In this document: piece after piece, positions 29,041-32,000 of the stretch | Position numbering within the stretch: the first letter of the stretch is position 1 | Layout: every line of letters begins with the position of its first letter | NCBI RefSeq assembly: GCF_003063545.1 | Contig: NZ_NESD01000001.1 | Coordinates: 1,100,790-1,132,789, forward strand | Direction of reading: 5' to 3' | Source: Limnohabitans sp. Jir61 | GTDB lineage: Bacteria > Pseudomonadota > Gammaproteobacteria > Burkholderiales > Burkholderiaceae_C | DNA length: 32,000 nt | Notes under the pieces: generated by a model | Told to the model about the DNA's origin: nothing | What the model saw: only the letters and a program-made list of their open reading frames with translations | The model's database searches: none | Program-made: the position numbers and the translations under genes

Positions 29041-29742
29041 ATGGCCTCTAAACATTCCCACAGAAAGCGATCCAAGGACGATGGCGAAAAGCCATTTTGG
29101 ATTTCATTCTCCGATCTGATGACTGCCATGATGGTCATGTTTTTGGTTGTTATGGCTGTAGCCCTGCTAGCAGTCACTTCACCAAGTGAGAAGCGACAGG
29201 AAGAAATCGAAGACTGGGTCAAGCAGTTGGAACAGAAGTTAAAGTCTGACTTTCCCGGTGTGAACTACCAAAGAAACAGAAATGTTATTGACTTCGGTAG
29301 TCAAGCAAACTTCAAGTTCGGCAAGCCAGACTTTGAGGGCTCCCCTGAAGAGCTACAAAGAAAAGAGGATTCGCTTCGAAAGTTTGTACCTGAACTACTA
29401 ACCTTAGCGAATGGCGACTTAGGCAAAAAAGTTATCAAGCGTGTTGTCGTTGAAGGCTACACAGATAAAGCTGGAACATATCTATCAAACCTGGATCTAA
29501 GCTTGAGGAGAAGCGAGCGTGTGTTGTGCGTTCTGCTTGCCGAATCTGTTAGTACAAAACTCAGTGAAACCCATAAAAAGCAAGTCCGTGAATTGTTTTT
29601 GGTTGGTGGCTACTCGTTTAACAACGAAAAGAGTAGCGCTGAGGAAAGTAGGCGAGTCGAGATGCGTATCGAATTCTTAGGACCATTTGAAAGCCGCACA
29701 CCAGCTCCATCTAACGTTGAATTTGGAAAGTGCCCAATTTAA
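29041..29742 (+). CDS. zorB: ZorB-like protein: MotB-type TM plug with conserved Asp plus OmpA-like peptidoglycan-binding domain
   Basis: 233 aa. KPFWISFSDLMTAMMVMFLVVMAVALL is a MotB-like TM segment with Asp25. The C-terminal VVVEGYTDKAGTYLSNLDLSLRRSERV is the OmpA/MotB signature. The gene starts 6 nt after zorA. Confidence 0.85.
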   Translation: MASKHSHRKRSKDDGEKPFWISFSDLMTAMMVMFLVVMAVALLAVTSPSEKRQEEIEDWVKQLEQKLKSDFPGVNYQRNRNVIDFGSQANFKFGKPDFEGSPEELQRKEDSLRKFVPELLTLANGDLGKKVIKRVVVEGYTDKAGTYLSNLDLSLRRSERVLCVLLAESVSTKLSETHKKQVRELFLVGGYSFNNEKSSAEESRRVEMRIEFLGPFESRTPAPSNVEFGKCPI

Positions 29743-31547
29743 TGGACGCACTTCAAAGCCTAAGGAGCGCACTTGCTAACGCTAATTCTTCGGCGTTAGC
29801 AAGGACACCTTTGCCTGTTGATCTTCAACCAACGATCAGACTGCTGCGCTCAAAGGTGAACTCGGCTTCTCAATCGACAGAGCCAAAAGATCGAGTACTG
29901 AATGCTGTAAATTCATTCTGGAGTGACTCACGCACTGAAGACCTACAAACCGCTCGATACGTATCGTTTGGCCTCGCGATGCCAACAAGGTTCAATAGCC
30001 AATCCTTGTTTGATGACCATCAACGGTTCTCAGCTTTCTTAAACGAAGAAATTGGTATTGGGCAATGGAAGAACAAGCCATCTTGGTTTCGCCGCGTACT
30101 TCAAGGACTTGTCGCAAGTTATTTTTCATTTGATCCCGATTCTGCTTTTGCCACTGAAATTCAAACTAAGAACTGGAAATCCCTGAGAGATTACATCTCT
30201 CAAAATCTTGATCTTGCTAAGGGTGTATCGAATCCAGACTGGCTAAATTGCTGCCTTGATCACCGTTCACTATTTTCAGACTCGCCGGGAGATGACTTTG
30301 TTGATCTCGTGCTGAAGGGTGAGACTGAAAAATTAGAGATAGTCTTAGACCTCCTGAGAGCGAAAGAGTCTTGGCTTCCTCGCGAGTTGATACTTTCACA
30401 AGTCAAAAAGATCACAAGCTTTGATGATGCGCGGTTCATGGGCTTCGTAACGCCCATGTTGTCTGCGATTGCTCCCCATCGATCGATTCAAAACAAAGCG
30501 ATTGCGTTACTGGTAAATAGATACGCTCGAATCGCAAACGCTCCAATAAATACAGATCTAAAAGAGATCACTGTCACACGCTGGGACAACCCTTGGCTTA
30601 CTGGGTCTCAAAAGAAATGGCCTAACGAAGTAACTGACGAAGGACGTGCGCTAATTGCTGATTGGTTGAAGAGTGAGTTCATAGAAGCGTTCTTCACAAA
30701 AATGGCTGAGGATGGAGATACAGATCGTCGCCGTTTAGATTTTTGGATGAAGTATCGAAAGCATATGAACCACGTTCACTTTGCTTTAGGAACTGGAATC
30801 GTTGAGTCAACAGATCCCGATTTAATCTTCCTGAAAAACAAGATGAAGGGACTGATATCTCACATTCGCAGTAAGCGTGTTAATGCCTTCATCATGTATC
30901 TCGGAGATGTCATTGCTGTTGAATTTAGCCAGATGGGAAATGCGTTGTACTTCTACGACGCGACTAGTGGTGCGCCGTTTGATCTGAAAAGCTCACTTGG
31001 GCTAACTGTTGACGTAGGAAATTCATTAAAAAATTCGTCAGGATTGAGATTTAGTCACCAAGACGCCGTTAACGGATTTTCTAAGTGGGAGTCTGCTTGC
31101 TTCTCTTTCATGGCAACAAAGTTCGGCATACATCCCGATACAGCACCAGACAAAAATAGAAAACCATTTGTAGCCGCTGAGGCTGTATTTAGATACACAC
31201 CTGCTAAACCTGTTGAAGAGATTCGTTCGACTTATAGGGCTTCGCCAAATGCGACAGCCTCTGCCGAAGAGCTGAAAATTCCAGTTTTTACAGCAACAAA
31301 TAAACCTGTTCCTCCTCCAATAAACGTGGTGTCTGGAGTTACTAGCTGGTCTGAGCTTTACAACCACCCCTTCAGCGAACGACTCCTATCATCAACTTGT
31401 TCAGCGTTTGGGTTTGACATCCAAGACAAGCGTAGTCAGGGTGGTGCTCTTTGGGTCAAGATTGGAAACAGTAACTCTGAAAGAAATCGAGTCTTTATCA
31501 ATTGGGGCTTTAAATACAAAGCCGACAAAGGCTGGTGGAAAAACTAA
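29742..31547 (+). CDS. zorC: ZorC-like protein (probable EH-signature domain protein)
   Basis: 601 aa from the ATG at 29742, which overlaps the zorB stop (TAATG); the track starts at the GTG at 29730. Its position and size fit ZorC. A candidate Glu...His pair is VIAVEFSQMGNALYFYD (Glu codon 30921-30923) and LRFSHQD (His codon 31056-31058). I cannot verify the domain assignment by eye. Confidence 0.6.
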   Translation: MDALQSLRSALANANSSALARTPLPVDLQPTIRLLRSKVNSASQSTEPKDRVLNAVNSFWSDSRTEDLQTARYVSFGLAMPTRFNSQSLFDDHQRFSAFLNEEIGIGQWKNKPSWFRRVLQGLVASYFSFDPDSAFATEIQTKNWKSLRDYISQNLDLAKGVSNPDWLNCCLDHRSLFSDSPGDDFVDLVLKGETEKLEIVLDLLRAKESWLPRELILSQVKKITSFDDARFMGFVTPMLSAIAPHRSIQNKAIALLVNRYARIANAPINTDLKEITVTRWDNPWLTGSQKKWPNEVTDEGRALIADWLKSEFIEAFFTKMAEDGDTDRRRLDFWMKYRKHMNHVHFALGTGIVESTDPDLIFLKNKMKGLISHIRSKRVNAFIMYLGDVIAVEFSQMGNALYFYDATSGAPFDLKSSLGLTVDVGNSLKNSSGLRFSHQDAVNGFSKWESACFSFMATKFGIHPDTAPDKNRKPFVAAEAVFRYTPAKPVEEIRSTYRASPNATASAEELKIPVFTATNKPVPPPINVVSGVTSWSELYNHPFSERLLSSTCSAFGFDIQDKRSQGGALWVKIGNSNSERNRVFINWGFKYKADKGWWKN

Positions 31548-32000
31548 TGATGCTGAACTTTTTCAAGAAATCGCATACAGACGCACAAGGTCAGCCATGG
31601 TTTGTTCAGACTAAAGCTGAGGGCTTGTTGTTGAACAAAAAGAGCACTGGCAAGAAAATTGATTACCAATTTATTGAACCTTTAATCACACAGCTTCAAG
31701 ACACTGGTCTAGGCGTGATGATTGATGAAAGCTTTCTCCTAAGCTGGGACGATCTCTACCAAGCATCTGCCTTGGGCGAATACGAAGATTTAAGCGAAAT
31801 TCTTAACGTACCAGAAACAACCAAAGCTACGCCAACACTAGTGAGCTTTGGATCTTTAACAGACTCTAACTTTGAAGTTGCCATTTCGCATTGGCAAGAT
31901 GCCTCAGCCCGAGAGATACGCCCAACCCTTTACGGGGCTGTACTCACCGAGAACAGTAAACCGCAGCTACTCAAAAAAGAGCAATGGGAACTTGTCAAGA
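31547..32000 (+). CDS. zorD: N-terminal fragment of the fourth zor-operon gene (expected ZorD-like helicase/nuclease; unverified)
   Basis: An open frame runs from the ATG at 31547 (TAATG overlap with the zorC stop) to the window end. It reads MMLNFFKKSHTDAQGQPWFVQTKAEGLLLNKK...KKEQWELVK with no stop over 151 codons. It is absent from the ORF track because it is open-ended. No helicase motifs occur within the visible part. Confidence 0.45.
   Translation, partial: MMLNFFKKSHTDAQGQPWFVQTKAEGLLLNKKSTGKKIDYQFIEPLITQLQDTGLGVMIDESFLLSWDDLYQASALGEYEDLSEILNVPETTKATPTLVSFGSLTDSNFEVAISHWQDASAREIRPTLYGAVLTENSKPQLLKKEQWELVK

Larger units (their letters stand above)
16981..32000. mobile_element. integrative genomic island inserted at the 3' end of guaA (right end outside window)
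   Basis: There is an abrupt drop in G+C directly after the guaA stop. Hand counts of single 60-nt lines give about 55% at 16921-16980, about 33% at 17041-17100 and about 37% at 28021-28080. The island opens with an integrase and carries a second recombinase plus remnant, many orphan genes and a defence operon. Confidence 0.75.

Noticed and set aside
31408-31614. 68-aa plus-strand ORF across the zorC/zorD junction
   Set aside because: It is out of frame with both flanking genes, which are joined by a TAATG overlap. The open-ended frame from 31547 explains the region better.

Overview
The window has two parts. Positions 1-16980 look like an ordinary, higher-GC chromosomal backbone, with gene content and protein sequences that resemble a betaproteobacterium (Burkholderiales/Comamonadaceae-like, which is inference only). 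It carries zwf (partial), hexR, a ROK regulator, a FucU-like mutarotase, a CUT2 sugar ABC transporter with a PfkB kinase, murI, a YgiQ radical-SAM protein, smpB, ratA, rnfH, a conserved hypothetical, an orphan TolC-family protein, guaB and guaA. Immediately after the guaA stop codon (16981) the sequence becomes clearly AT-rich, and a genomic island of at least 15 kb runs off the right edge of the window. The island begins with a 428-aa tyrosine integrase preceded by AGTTACAC repeats. It then carries a secreted MORN-repeat protein and a small minus-strand operon that includes a 51-aa ORF missing from the track. Next come a 173-aa protein with HUH-endonuclease-like motifs beside a 400-bp non-coding gap, a FimB/FimE-sized tyrosine recombinase followed by the 3' remnant of a paralogous recombinase, and a four-gene minus-strand module of unknown function. 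That module encodes 90-aa, 337-aa, AAA+ ATPase and NUMOD-type DNA-binding proteins, and it is driven by two colinear copies of a 123-nt promoter/operator/leader sequence containing the palindrome TCACTTAAGTGA. The island ends in the window with a five-gene plus-strand operon: a WEYLRRN-motif protein followed by what reads as a type I Zorya-like zorA-zorB-zorC-zorD(partial) anti-phage system. Zorya itself is a described system. The best candidates for something undescribed are the four-gene module directly next to it and the extra gene fused to the front of the zor operon. I found no rRNA, tRNA, tmRNA, CRISPR array or IS/transposase. All calls come from reading the translations and sequence by eye, and no database search was run.
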